A stretch of 64,000 nucleotides of DNA from the human T2T-CHM13v2.0 reference genome, Homo sapiens. Made by a program: the position numbers and the translations under genes. The stretch is from NCBI RefSeq assembly GCF_009914755.1, contig NC_060928.1, one strand, 5' to 3'. The notes beneath the pieces were generated by a model, which made no database searches, was not told where the DNA came from, and saw only the letters and a list, made by a program, of their open reading frames with translations. This document shows positions 40,800 to 56,137 of the stretch, in pieces. Within the stretch, counting starts at the first letter, position 1. Each line of letters opens with the position of its first letter.

Positions 40800-41760
40800 T
40801 ATAAACGCTTAGATTTTAAGAAGTGCTCACATTTTGAACTCTAACAGAAAGCTTAGGGATAGACAGGCTTGGCGACAGTTTGGAGAAAGATTCAATGTGA
40901 ACAGATAAAACCTTTCAAGGTGGCGATGACTGAAGGTATTACTACAAAAGACTGTAGGATGAGTGCCTCAAATGTAATATGCCTATACCATAATGACAAA
41001 AATGTGAAGAATAAAAGATAGTAAAATAGTGTTTTAAAAGTTAAAATAAGGATAGAGTAAGAAACAAACTAGGAAGTGACAGGAATGACTCTAACATGTA
41101 CTAATATTTGGACTACTAATGGCTAGAAATCACCAGCGAAGGTTGATGGAGTATTTGAGAAGCTGGAAAAAGAATCTTATAACCACTATCCGAAGAAAAG
41201 TTTGTCAAGCAAACATTGATATTCTAACAGAAAAAGTTTTCATATGAAATCCTGACACTGGGCTTTCTGATGGTAAAATATGCATTATTGGATTCTAAAT
41301 ATATTCATTCATAGAGGACTATATTACCCTCAACTGTTAGCCTTCAAGAAATCGAACCTTACTTAAATACTGCTAGATAACACCAACAAAACTGAAAACC
41401 AATTAACTCTTTCTAGAGCTCTGTTTGCTATTAAAGCGATTCAACATGAATGATAAATTTAGTAAGTCAGCAAATGCGGTAAATTCAATGAATTTATCAT
41501 CAGGCAAATTTTATTTCTGCAACATTAAATCTTGGCAAATCGTTTCTTATTAAACTGACCTAACATCAACCAACATCCGCCACACCCTTTCACAAATGAA
41601 AGATACCTAATTATAGGGTAGTGTCGTTGGCAAAAGACAAATAAGTATATGTATGAATTGACCACAATTTATAAACAATGTGTCCCATTTCAGCGTGGAG
41701 CCATCCTGCATTAGTTTTCACTAGCGCTTCCTTAGTGTGGCAAGCCGAACTACCGGAGTG
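40800..41760 (+). mobile_element. Probable ancient hAT (Tip100/Blackjack-like) transposase remnant
   Basis: AT-rich; broken frames give ILPSTVS (~41322) and LFAIKAIQHE (~41421), resembling the hAT C-terminal dimerisation motif TLPxTxAxxERSFS...LAxLAIE. Confidence 0.4.
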
Positions 41761-41849
41761 TTAACCCGGATGGTGCCGTGAACGAGGCCACACAGGAACT
41801 GGGTTTCACCCTTGGAAGAAACACACAGCCTTGGACATTCATCTCCTGC

Positions 41850-42250
41850 CTGTTAGTTTCTTAGGGCTGCTGTAGCATGTTACCACAAACTGGATCAGAC
41901 TGCAGACATGTGTTCACTGACGGTGCTGGACACTGCAGGTCCAAAATGGAAGTGTGGCAGGGCCAGGCTCTCACCGCTCCCCGCCGTTCAGCTTCTGTGT
42001 GGCTGCAGCCCTTGGTGATCTCAGCTGGCGATGGCGAAACTCAGCCTCCGCCTTTGCTGTCACATGGTGTCCTCCATGTCCTCACGCCGTCTTCTTTGAG
42101 GACTCTGGTCATATCGGATGACGGGTCCACCCTGTTCCAGCATCACCTTGTCCTAACGAATCACATCTGCAGTGACTGTACTTTCAAGGTTAGTTCTTGG
42201 GGACAGGACGTCAACGTATCCTTCCGAAGGACACAATTCACCTATAACAC
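41850..42250 (-). mobile_element. MLT1 solo LTR
   Basis: ttagtttcttagggctgctgtagcatgttaccacaaactgg...ggacacaattcacctataaca. Confidence 0.75.
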
Positions 42251-44509
42251 ATCCTTGCCTCGACTTCCCAGACACACACACTTAGTGACAGCACACAGGA
42301 ATCCTCTCACGGACCTTGTCATTTCTCACTTTCTATTGTATTTGGAAACTATTTTTAAATGATAGATTGTACATGCCAACACTCTTGACTAATACAAAAG
42401 CAGTTTTGATTGAAGTCGGCTTTGGAATGTCTCTTACTGGAAAATATGGCTAAAATAGAGTATTTTATTTCTCTGCCCCTTTAAATCCTTTTTCTGCAGT
42501 GGTTTTACTTTCCTCAGCAAGCTTACAGTCCATATTCTCTAACAATTCCAATTTAGTATCATTTATGTCTTTTCAATAAAATTATTATAGATATCACCTA
42601 AATGCAACATAATTGTAAGGCTTATTAAGGCTTATTATGCAAACAAATTCGCAAAGAATAAAACCTCCTTTGTTGAGGGTCCCAGTTTGGAGATCAGAAT
42701 ATTTTTCTCTAGCCTGATTGAGATAAAAAGTAAGAGGCTGGGGAGAGTTAGGCAGGGGGTCTGTAGGAGGGCGTTGACCTCTGCAGAGAAGGCCAGTGTG
42801 ACAGGGAAGCAAGAACGAGCTACAGCAGCATCCAGCCCTGTCCCTGTGGGTGCCACACCCCTGACACCAGGCACAGTGATTTTACAGTCATGGAGTTCTC
42901 TGAGAAAATATGTCCCTCCCACTTTTCTTCCTGGTAATTAAATGTCAGAAGAAGAAACTTGAAACCAAGACTAGAAAAGGAAATAGCCCAAGAGTTGGCA
43001 CTGGGATACAAAAAGCCCACTAGCTGAGATGAACCCAGCAAGGGGGCACGCCAGGCCAGAGAGCTCCCACGACCCTGGTACCAGGCTCCCCCTCTGCCCC
43101 GCCACAGAGCTGGGCTGGGCTGGGGACTTCAGAGGACATTTTCACATAACAAGCCACGTGTCAAGAGGACATAGAAGGAAGAAAAATTCCAGATATGACA
43201 CGAGAGAGAATTTTCTCCCCACAGAGAGACTGGAGAAGGGACACCTACATGGTGAAGAAAGGAGAAGGAAGAGAAAATATCTCTGAGAGGTGGGGCAGCC
43301 CCTCAGCAATCCTGACACGGAAGCTGTGTTTGCAACAGAGAAAGAGGCAACAACTAACAAGGAGTTTGGGAGGTCAAGATCATCCCAGCAAACATCTACT
43401 GGGCATTAGCAAGGTCCTGGGCACTGCTTTAGAAACTTGGGACATCCCTGTAGGAAGATGTGGCATCTGGTCCGCAGGGGCTGACTGTCAGACTTGAGAA
43501 AAGGTGACGGCACTGCAGGACGATTCCTGCCATGGAGTCGTGAAGGAAGGGCAGTGGGAGGCGCATGCCGAGCATCTCTGAGGTGCCTCCCCGAAGGCAC
43601 ATTGGAGCCACGTCCTTTGGAAGAGGAAGCATCTGCTAGAAGGACAAACGGAAGAGGGGTGCCCTCAGTAGAGAGTGTCGCAAGCAAGTCCGTGCTGTGG
43701 GAGCATAGATTGCAGGATTGAAGACACCACAGTGGGGACCTCAATGAAGGGCCGTGGCCCGAGGGGAAAGATACTAGGCTTTGTTCTACAGCCCACGGGG
43801 AGCTCAGGACAAGTTCTGCTGAAGAAAGCATGATCCGATCCGTGGGACGCAAAGTTCTGTTCGGATTTTTTTGAAGGCCAGCATAGATGGGGAGAGGATG
43901 GAAGCAGGAGGCTGGAAATTGGCCCACGGCCTCTCTGCATCTGAACCTAGGTTTTGGCAGCATGACTGGAGTGGGAAGAGGTGCTGCTTAGAGGGCAGGG
44001 GTGAATATATTTCAGAGAAAGTGTCAGCAGTGTTGGAAAGTGGGGGGCAGAAGGCCCCCGTGATAACGCTTTTCTCTCTGGGCAGTCGTCCGCAGTGCTG
44101 CAATCCACTGAGACGTGAAGCGCAGGACAGAAATCCTGGCGTGTCCTGAGGTGTGGAGAGGAAGAAGACGGATGCAGGCCCGAAATGCGGAGCATGACAG
44201 ATCTGCCAAGGGCATAGCCAAGTGGGGGAGTGTGTCTGGAGGTCAGGAGGAAGCTCTCCAGAGAAAGAATGGGCGAGAGAACTTGGCACAAAGAGCAGGG
44301 GGATGACGGCTGAAAACCTGGTTGTGAGCAAAATCATTCAAGCTGAGTAGAAAGAGTAGACAAAGAACCTTGATAGCAAGGCCGGAATCCTGGGGATACA
44401 GCTTTAAAAGACGACAGAGGCAAAACCAAAAATTCACAAAAGAGGTTGAGAAGAGGCCAGAAATACCGTAAAGACCAGGGAAGTGGTGTCATGAAAACCA
44501 AGAGAGTAA

Positions 44510-44989
<480 letters not shown>

Positions 44990-45668
44990 TTTTTTTCCTT
45001 TTAATATTACTTTTAATTGACACATAATAATTATACATATTTATGGGGTACAGTGTGACAGTTTGATACATGTATATATGTGCAATGATCAAATAGCATA
45101 ATTAGCAGATCCATCACCTCGAACACTTATCATTGTGTTGGGAACATTCAGAATCCATGGAGCTCATTCTTGCCAGGGGCTTGGCTAAGCAATCAGAGGG
45201 AAATAGAGCGCTAGAAAGAAAACCAGAGGCAAGAGAGGGAATTTTATTGTTGTCTGTTTCAGGACGTGAAAACGTTGAGTGTGTTTGTCTGCTAAGGGGA
45301 AGGGACCAATGAGGGATAGAGAAGATGACATGGAAAAAGACGCGTGACTAACGGAACCAATTCTTAGGAGCAGAAACTAAATGGGACCCAGAGCACAGGG
45401 GCAGGGCAGGAGGCAGTGGGAGGAGAAATTCACCTTAGAGACGGAAGGGGCCCTTATCAGAGCGATGGAAGAAGGTGAGAAGGAATATAACATAGACAGG
45501 TGAGTGGGTGGAGCAAGAGAGGAGAGTTCCTGACGGCGGTGATTATTTTCTTTGTGAAGTAAGTCACAAAGGCACCTTGTGAAAAGAGGGTGAGATCATC
45601 TGGAGACAGTACGGAGCAGTGTGGAGCGGCCGCTGTGGAGATGAAGAGTGTGTATGTGAACATTGCTA

Positions 45669-46010
<342 letters not shown>

Positions 46011-46112
46011 TCAAAGCACTGGGGCTCCCATTCACGCTGAAGTATGGTTCATCAGCATCATTCAGGTTCCTGGTATAAAGAAGGAAGATGTAAATCTGAA
46101 TTTACTCCATGT

Positions 46113-46246
46113 TGCTGAGTAAGGTGGCTCACACCTGCAGTCCCAGCTACTTAGGAGGCCAAGGCAGGAGGACTGCTTGAACCCAGGAGTTCAAATCCAG
46201 CCTGGGCAACATAGTGAGATCCTATCTCAAAATACATAATAATAAA
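46113..46246 (+). mobile_element. FLAM monomer
   Basis: ggtggctcacacctgcagtcccagctac...cctgggcaacatagtgagatcc; TSD aatttactccatg. Confidence 0.85.
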
Positions 46247-46893
46247 TTAATTTACTCCATGCTTGGTGGTTTGCCAAAGAACAGAGGGCAATGGAGTGGA
46301 GGGAGCTGGTAAGAGAGTGTTGGAATTGCTGTTCTGTGGGGTCTGGGCTAGAAAGGACAAAAGTGAACATAGGAAGTGGTTCATCAGACTTGGAGGATGT
46401 GGGGGAGATGGGATGTGAAGTGGTGCTTTCTTCACAGCATTTGCCTTGGTTGTAACTAAGCCTTTAGTTAAGTCATCATTGGATCACTGTGCTCTGCCCC
46501 AGGTGCAGGTCTTTGTGAGAAGGGACCATGCCTGTGTGGTTCATCGCTGTATCGCAGTCCCTTGCACAGTCCCTCCTACACACCGGGTGCTCATTAATTT
46601 TTTGTTGAATATTTAATGAGAGAGCTGGAAGGTCTGGGAGAGACTGGATTATGGCAGAGAGGCATATGGACTCCCACAGGTGGAGTACTTCCAAGGGATG
46701 ATAGATCCAAGCCATGGAGGGAAAGAGGCGAGATGCAGCAAGGTGACCTCAACAGAGCCATGTCGAGCTGGGGAGAGGAAGCACAGGCAGAAAGGAGAGA
46801 GGGAACAGCAGTCAAGGGGCTGGAGACCGTGGGGATGAGAGGCCAAAATTAACTGGCCTCAGGTTGCTAGCTAGAAATTTATCAAAAAAAGTA

Positions 46894-47459
46894 TTAGTTT
46901 GGTGCAAAAGCAATTGTGTTTTTTTACATTATTATTATACTTTAAGTTCTAGGATACATATGCAGAAGGTGCAGGTTTGTTACATAGGTACACACGTGCC
47001 ATGGTGGTTTGCTGCACCCATCAACCAGTCATCTACATTTGGTATTTATCCTAATGCTCTCCCTCCCCCAGCCTCCCACCTCTTGACAGGCCCCAGTGTG
47101 TGATGTTCCCCTCCCTGAGTCCATGTGTTCTCATTGTTCAACTCCCACTTATGAGTGAGAACATGCAGTGTTTGGTTTTCTCTTCCTGTGTTAGTTTGCT
47201 GAGAATGATGGTTTCTAGCTTCATCCATGTCCCTGCAAAGGACATGAACTCATCCTTTTTTATGGCTGCATAGTATTCCATGGTGTATATGTGCCACATT
47301 TTCTTTATCCAGTCTCTCATTGATGGGCATTTGGGTTGGTTCCAAGTTTTTGCTATTGTGAACAGTGCTGCAATAAACATATGTATGCATGTGTCTTTAT
47401 AGTAGAATGATTTATAATCCCCAATGGCAAAAACCACAATTACTTTTGTACCAACCTAA
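46894..47459. mobile_element. MADE1 (Hsmar1 MITE) split by an L1PA insertion
   Basis: ta|ttagtttggtgcaaaagcaattgtgttttt ... caatggcaaaaaccacaattacttttgtaccaacctaa|ta with TA TSDs. Confidence 0.88.
46926..47421 (-). mobile_element. L1PA (PA6-8-like) 5'-truncated 3' end
   Basis: ttattatactttaagttctagg...; ORF 47138..47437 is the ORF2 C-terminus (MFIAALFTIAKTWNQPKCPS). Confidence 0.92.
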
Positions 47460-48188
47460 TACTTTAGTGCTGAAATTGAGGTACGCCATGGCTTGCAGGA
47501 GGCTGTACTTGCTACTTATATCTGGTTCTGGTAAGTAGAAGCAAGAACTAAGAGAGGTCATCCAGGCCAAAATAATAAGCAGAAAGAAAAATATTCTGCC
47601 CGTGGACACATCTCAATGTTAGGCAGAAATTAACTGAAAATCAGTTATGGTGCAACTGCTTCATTTTATCTTTTCAGAATTCCTTTTTCAAAATACTTTC
47701 CCTCCTGCATGAGTATTCTGAGTTGGGTCTGCCTTTGCTATTAACATCTGTATAATCAAGTTTATGGTCTAATTGGGCAATCACTGCAAACATTTCTGGG
47801 TAAAAAGCCATGCATTCTAGCATTATTTTAATAAGCCTCTGATCCAGTTAGTTCTAGTCATCCAGTGGTTTATTTTGTACTAAAGAACCAGCTTTTAGAT
47901 TTGGCACTACCTTTTTCCATTTTCTAATTCAGTATTATCTGCTTTTATCTGTGTTTAATGTGTCCCCTCTTTTCTTGGTGTATTTTGTTGCACTCTTTTC
48001 TTTTCTTAATTTTTTGAGTTGGATACTAATTCACCTTTTTTCCATTATTCCTTTTTGGACTGATTTAAATACTTAAGACTAAAATCTCCCATGAGCTCTG
48101 CCTTATTTTTTACAGGTTTCATAATTGCTGTTTTCTAGAAATTTTACAATTTTTGATATCTATATCTTCTTTATATCAAGAGTATTTG

Positions 48189-48480
<292 letters not shown>

Positions 48481-49631
48481 GAGAGTATTTGATAAAAATG
48501 ATTTTAAATTTTTTTAAATTGAAAATTCCAAACATAAACAAAAGTAGAGAAATAGGATATAGGATTTCCATATACCCATTACACAGCTCAATGATTATCA
48601 ATATATGACAAATTTTGGTTCATCTTACTGCAAATCCCAGATATCTTATCATCTTATTACAAACATTTCAATATGAAAATAAAGATTTTTGAATTTCCTA
48701 GTGGAAGGGAGGTTTTTTTCTGGCGTTATTGTTAATGTCTGATGTTATTACGTGATCATCAGAAAATATTTCCTGTACTATTTATACTCTTGGAATATCT
48801 GTCATTCACAAATGTAACCTGGACATTTAAAAAGTTCATTTTCTGTTTCCAGGGTACAGTTTATTTAATATATATCAGTTAGATTTACCTTACTTAATGT
48901 TACAAACTAGAAGAAGTAGTCTACTAATGTAGTTTCTACCTTCTCCCTTTATCTCTTGTAATTTCTACTTTGTTAACCAAGTTGCTATGTTATTGATGCA
49001 TAAACACCCATTACAATTATATATTCTTAATAATTACACCTATTTGCATTATAAAGTGCACTTATTTAATGTTTTTTTTGGCCTGAATTCCATCTTGTCT
49101 GATATTAACATTGAGACCTCTACTTTCTATTTGTATTTGCTTGTTATACTGTAGCTTGTATTTTGTTTCCAATTTTGATCATATCATTCTTCTGAACACT
49201 TTTATATATAAGCAATCGTATCAGTCAGGGTTTTTGGTTGCAAGCAACAGAATCCACTTTAGTGATTCTGTTAGAAATTTATTTAGAAAATAAGTTTACT
49301 AAAGGGTATTTGATAGCTCACAGTATTTCAAGGAGAGCCAAAGAATTTGTCCAGGGGGCTATGAAGCCAGGACAATATCCATTCACCCCACAGAACTTCT
49401 CTCAGGCATGGCCCATCACACCTGGGCACTGACCCTGCAGTTCACACCCCTAACACTGAGCAATGGAGGACTAGATGAGAACCTCTGCCACTGCTATTCT
49501 GAAAGCTGGATTTCTCTCCACCACAACACACCACTCCTTCCAGGAAGAGACTCCACACAGCTCTCCTTTCTTATACTGTCTTCTTCCAAATAAAAGTCTG
49601 ACTGACAGAACCCAGGTCAATTCCTCTGCTC

Positions 49632-49700
49632 TAGCTTCTAGGGAGGCTGGACATTGAATTGTAGCTTCTAGGGAGGCTGGACATTGAATTGTAGCTTCTA
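49632..49700. repeat. Perfect 30-bp tandem duplication (2.3 copies)
   Basis: tagcttctagggaggctggacattgaattg x2 plus tagcttcta. Confidence 0.95.
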
Positions 49701-50039
49701 CCTTCAAGAGGAGAATTCATAATATGGGGATTTCTCCAAGACATAGAAGACCATGTTTGTCACGAATATGATAAATACCTCTACATTAGTCTTACTGTAG
49801 TTTCAGATATAGATACTTAGCTCCTAACTAAAAATAGTTCAAGAACCTATAACCAGATATTCCCCTGATATAATTTTGTAGGTAGTTGGGGTTTTTTAAA
49901 AAAATGTATTTGGATGCATGCAGGAGGTTGTCTAAAAATGTCCCTACCTTTACCAGAAAATAATCTGTGATCACAAGTTTTGCCTTTCTTGCTTCTTTTA
50001 GGATCATGTCTTCCTCCCCGTTTCTATGTCCTGAGCTCT

Positions 50040-50185
50040 CTTTTTTAAAATATTTTAATTTTTATGTTTTAGAAACAGGTCTTGCTATGTTGCCTGCTTG
50101 GTCTTGAGCTGCTGGCCTCAAGCAATACTCTGCCTTGTTCTCCCCACGTGCTGGGGTTACAGGTGTGAGCCAGAATGCCTGGCCC
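50040..50185 (-). mobile_element. FLAM monomer
   Basis: ggtcttgctatgttgcc...ggggttacaggtgtgagccagaatgcctggcc. Confidence 0.75.
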
Positions 50186-50311
50186 TATAGCCTAAACTCT
50201 TATTCTAAGCTTACAACTTCTTACCCAGGATACTAGAATCTTTTCCGATGGCTCCCACCTTTCTTCTCCTTTCTCCAAGCCATCCTACCGAACTCTCTGG
50301 CATTATGTTTT

Positions 50312-50598
<287 letters not shown>

Positions 50599-50853
50599 CT
50601 CTGGCATTATGTTTTTGCAGTCTGGGGTCAGAGTCCATGCTTTATGTAATCTTTTAGCTCTTCTTGATTTTGCAAAGGCATGCTGTGTGGCCATGTGATG
50701 CTGGGCAATGTTGGGTCAGGGAATGCAAATATGAGTAAGGCAAAGCCCAATATCAAGAGGCTCTCAATCTCGTGGAGAAGACAGACAACCAAATAGGAAA
50801 ATACAACCTAATTTAAAGTGCTACAATTGTGGTACATAGAAAGGGTAGAAAGA

Positions 50854-51149
<296 letters not shown>

Positions 51150-51739
51150 CTAAGCCAGCCTGTTGGGCAGAGGTGGTCTAAGGGGACTCCTGGAAGAGGG
51201 CGCCTCTGAATAGGGTGTTGAAGGATGAATTGGATTTGCCCAGGAAAGAAGGGCATTATAAGCATGAGAAACTGCCTGTGCGGAGGCAGATAGGCACAGG
51301 GCGTTGAGTGCTTGGAGGGAAAACTACGAGTACTTTAACACTGCAGGCCGCCTGAAATAACACAGCAGGAGAGGACTGCTATCTCAGGGCAAGGCACGAC
51401 ACGAGAGGAGTCGGGATACTTTTCTTAAAGTCAATGGAAGCAACTGAAGGCTATTAAGCATTTTAGACAGATCACCCTAACACCAGTACGTAGTAGCTTT
51501 CTGGTGATGGGCAAAAAAATAAGGCGACTCTTGCAGAAACCCATGAGAAATTGTGGGGTGTCAGTGTGGTGTCTGCGGGGGTCGGAGTGAAGGGGTGTCA
51601 GGAAGGAATCAACAGAACTTAATGTCTATGGATTGTGGTCAGAGCAGAGCGGAAGTCAAGAACAACTCAAGCATTTCTGTCTGGAGTGTTTTGGTGAAGG
51701 AATTCTAAATCGAGGCTGTTGGAGAGGGAGTGCTGTTTA

Positions 51740-51763
51740 GGATGTCCCAAATTTGGGACATCC
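51740..51763. repeat. Perfect 24-bp palindrome
   Basis: ggatgtcccaaatttgggacatcc equals its own reverse complement. Confidence 0.95.
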
Positions 51764-53367
51764 AGGTGGAATGGCCTGGCAGGAATCTGGATTTAGGAGA
51801 CACAGGTGGAGGCTGAGGCTGTGGGGTGCTGCTTTTCAACCCTGGCTGCACACTGGAAACACCTGAAGCTCTGACAGCCTCTCATTCTGGGCCCCACCCC
51901 AGAGCGTCTAATGTCACGGGCCCGGGCCTAGAGGAAAGCTCCCCAGGGGACTGGAGTGGGCAGCCTGGGTTGAGACCCACTGGCATAAAGAGAGGGGTTT
52001 CAAGCCTGCGGGATGCCCCTCCCCACTCTAGGATTTACCAGCCAAGTGACCCTGGGGAGGTCATTAGCCTTATGGTCTTAGTTTCCTGCACTAAAAAATT
52101 AAGATTGTACCTCTTCAAAGAATTATGAATATTACGTAAGATAACGTGTGTGAAGTGCCTAAGCCCATTCCTGGCACATACTGCAAACCAGATATGTGTC
52201 GGGATTCACTCCCAGAGCAAGTCTGAGGAAGGACATACTCTCAGCCTGCAGTCCCAAAATGGAACCAGGCTTTCTGTTTAACAGAAAGGGAAATAAGGAA
52301 TCTCCCAAACCTGTCATCCACAGGACACCTCTCTGTGTGCATACCGTCCGGCTGGCTCCGACCTTCACAGAGCAGCCTTTAGAATGTAGCACAGGACACG
52401 GAAGTGTCGCAATGCCTCAGCCCTGACAGCAATGATCCAACAGCCGTGGCTCGCACTGAGACACAATGCTGGGATGCAATGGAGCCATTCACTTGTGTAG
52501 CCCCTAAACCATGATTTAGAAAGCACCGTGTGTGCAAGGAAGGGCATCTATCAGTCCTTCCTTCATCCTTTCAACCAACATTGTTCGGTCCTCGCTCTCT
52601 GCCAGCCACCACACTAGGTTCTGAGGGGGACATAATAGGCAGGAAAGAAATGGTCTGTGCCTCCGATGGGGACAGACCCATGTCCTCGACACCTGTCTAG
52701 TCCATTCCCTTTTCAGCATCAAAGCAGCCCCCATTATTTCCACCTCCATCATTTCCCTCATGGGTTTTGGCAAGAGCCTCCTAATTCTTTCACCTGTCAC
52801 CAGTAGCAAGCTCTTCCAATCCATTCTGGCATCAGATACAGATTACTTATCACGTAATCCCTCAAATAAATGTTAACTGTGACTATGTATGACAACAGAG
52901 GTACCTGATGCTATGGGACCATATCTTAGGGGGCTTCGATCAAATAGAGTGGCCAGAAAGGCTTCTCCGAAGAAGTGACAGAAAACTGAGAAGTCAGTGC
53001 AGACACAAGTGGAGACGGGTTGGGGAGACTCCTCAGGCCTCACAAGCCTCACCCGTCAGCTATTCCACGCTGCCAGGCCCTTCTTTGCACAGCTCCCTCC
53101 ACTTGACGTACCTACAGCAAAAGCAAGTGGTGCTTAGAGCAGGTGCCCCTCCTCAGCCAAGACTCCCTTCAGCACCGTCCCTCTCGAGGTCACTTCTGAC
53201 CACACCTGCTCCCCAGTCATCGCTCCCCCGTGTCTCCGCCGGGTCTATCACCAAACCTCTCACCCAGTGCAAGACCCCGAGGTGGCAGATTCACTCCCAC
53301 TGGACGGCATGCTCCTCACAGGTGGGTCTGCTTACCCCTCTATCCAGTAGCGAATGCAACGCCAGAC

Positions 53368-53725
53368 AGAGGTTTGTCTTCAGGGATGGACTTACACGAT
53401 TGTGGAGGCTTGGCAAGCCCCAAATCTGCAGGGTAGGTGGGCAGGCCGGAGACCTAGGGCACGGCTGCTGTTGCAGCTTGAGTCCTAAGGAAGTGAGTGT
53501 GGAGGCAGAATACCCCTCCTCAGGGAACCTCAGTCTTTTTCTCTTCAAGCCCTCAACTGATTGGACAAGGCCCACCACATTCAGAGGATAACCTACTTAA
53601 AGTCTACTGATGTAAATGTTAATCTCATCTTAAAATACCTTCGCAGCAACACCTGTGCTGGTGTTCTACCAAACATCTGCGTACCATGGTGCAGCCAGGT
53701 TCACACAAAAAATTAAGCATCACCC
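53368..53725 (-). mobile_element. MLT2 (ERVL) LTR fragment
   Basis: cacgattgtggaggcttggcaagccccaaatctgcaggg...tcaactgattggacaaggcccaccac...aaattaagcatcac. Confidence 0.8.
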
Positions 53726-54804
53726 CAAGTAAAAACAGCCTTTGGTGATGATGTGTGAAGTCTTGAGACCTGCTTATGATGTGTTTATCTTCTCCATTCT
53801 CTTCCTTTTCCTCCCTCCTTTGTCTGCTCTCTTTCATGCCTCTCCCTTTTCTTCCCATTTTCCCCCTTTCTTTCCTCCTGTGTGTGTCTCCCTCCCTGTG
53901 GTTTCTTCCAGGTGTGCCGGGGGTCCCGTCAGCTGCAGGACACGGGAGGGATGGAGTGAAGCAGAAAGGCCCCGCCGTGACCACACTCATCCCAGAAGAG
54001 CCTCTCTGTTGGCATGAAAGGAAATCACAAGGAAAGGGACTTTTCAAGGTCAGACTGCACCAGTGGAAAGTCAGCACCAGCCCCCAGGGCTCGAGGCAGC
54101 CTGTGCCCTTTCCACTAACTGTGCCAACTCTCACCAGGGGAAGGCTGACCAGGAACAAAGGCCCTTAGAGGAGAGCAGAACTCCTGCAGCCTGCACTTCC
54201 GAGAGATCCTGCTCCACGGAGCCCGGCTCTACTCCTGCAGGCAGAACCTGCCAGCCCGCAGATGCTGGGGGCTGAAGGATCCCGGCGACACCAAGCGTCA
54301 GGTCAGGCGTCAGAATCCAGCGCGTTTGCTCCTCGAGAACAGCGCGCCACCTGCTCCCAAGTGTGTGAGGGGCTGCAGTGCCGAGCTCCACTTCACAAGA
54401 CTCACTCCTGCCCCGCCACCTCCTGAGCAGACGCAGTCAAGCCCGACCTACCTTTCAACAAACATGTATTAGCACTCCCTCCATGCCAGGCACTGTGCCA
54501 GGTGCGAGGGTACCATGACCAAGCCAAGGCCCCAGGCTCAGAGCACTCACACGCCAGTGGAGGGGGCAGCCCTGTGCGACCCAGCAGGGCACACCCCACC
54601 TCCAGCCTAGGCTCCACCCAGGCCTGATCTGGGTAGCCCGGCGGACGTACTGACTCCCTGTTCACCGATACCGTCATCCAACCTTCCTATTTATTTATAC
54701 ATTAAAACACTGCAGCCAGAGCGGCGAGGTGTCCCGCCAAGAAACGGCCAAATCCAGTTTCCTCCCCAGCCAGCCTCTCCTTAGAAGCGGCAGAACCGCT
54801 TCAA

Positions 54805-54818
54805 CCACTAGAGGGCAC
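54805..54818 (+). promoter_or_regulatory. CTCF-like motif CCACTAGAGGGCAC
   Basis: Matches the core CCASYAGRKGGCRS at all 14 positions. Confidence 0.6.
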
Positions 54819-55192
54819 CAGCCAACCCTCGATGGATCCAAATGTGCCCACGTCGTGAGGGAACCTCAGCACCGGGTCGCGGCTCCCAGCTCCACCGTCA
54901 TAGAACACGAATAGCTTTTGTCTTTTCTCAAAATGAGCCCTGCAGTTGAGGCAAGCTTTACATTGGCTGCACAGACTTTACTCTTTTTAAACATTTTTTG
55001 GGAGTCCATAGCAGATGTATATATTTATGGGGTATGAGATGTTTTGATATAAGCATACAACTCATAATAATCACGTCAGGGTAAATGGGGTATCCACCCC
55101 CTCAAGCATCTACTCTTTCTTCGTGTGACAAACAATCTAATTATACTCTTTCAGTTATTTTTAAGTGTACAATAAATTATCGTTGACTATAG

Positions 55193-55638
<446 letters not shown>

Positions 55639-55798
55639 CAATTGTTTTGATTTTTAGATCCCACAGAACATGCAAAGTTTGTCTTTCTGGGCCTGGCTTA
55701 TTTCACTTAACGTAATGACATCCAGTTCCATCCATGTTGTTGCAAATGACAGGATCTCATTCTTTTTTTATGGCTGAATATTGCTCTATTGTGTATAA

Positions 55799-56137
<339 letters not shown>

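Noticed and set aside
43406-44337. 177-185 aa ORFs as a processed pseudogene
   Set aside because: No recognisable homology, poly(A) or TSD; adjacent to degenerate L2-like sequence
52908-53591. 227-aa ORF
   Set aside because: No recognisable domain and the 3' third is MLT2 LTR; consistent with chance in GC-rich DNA
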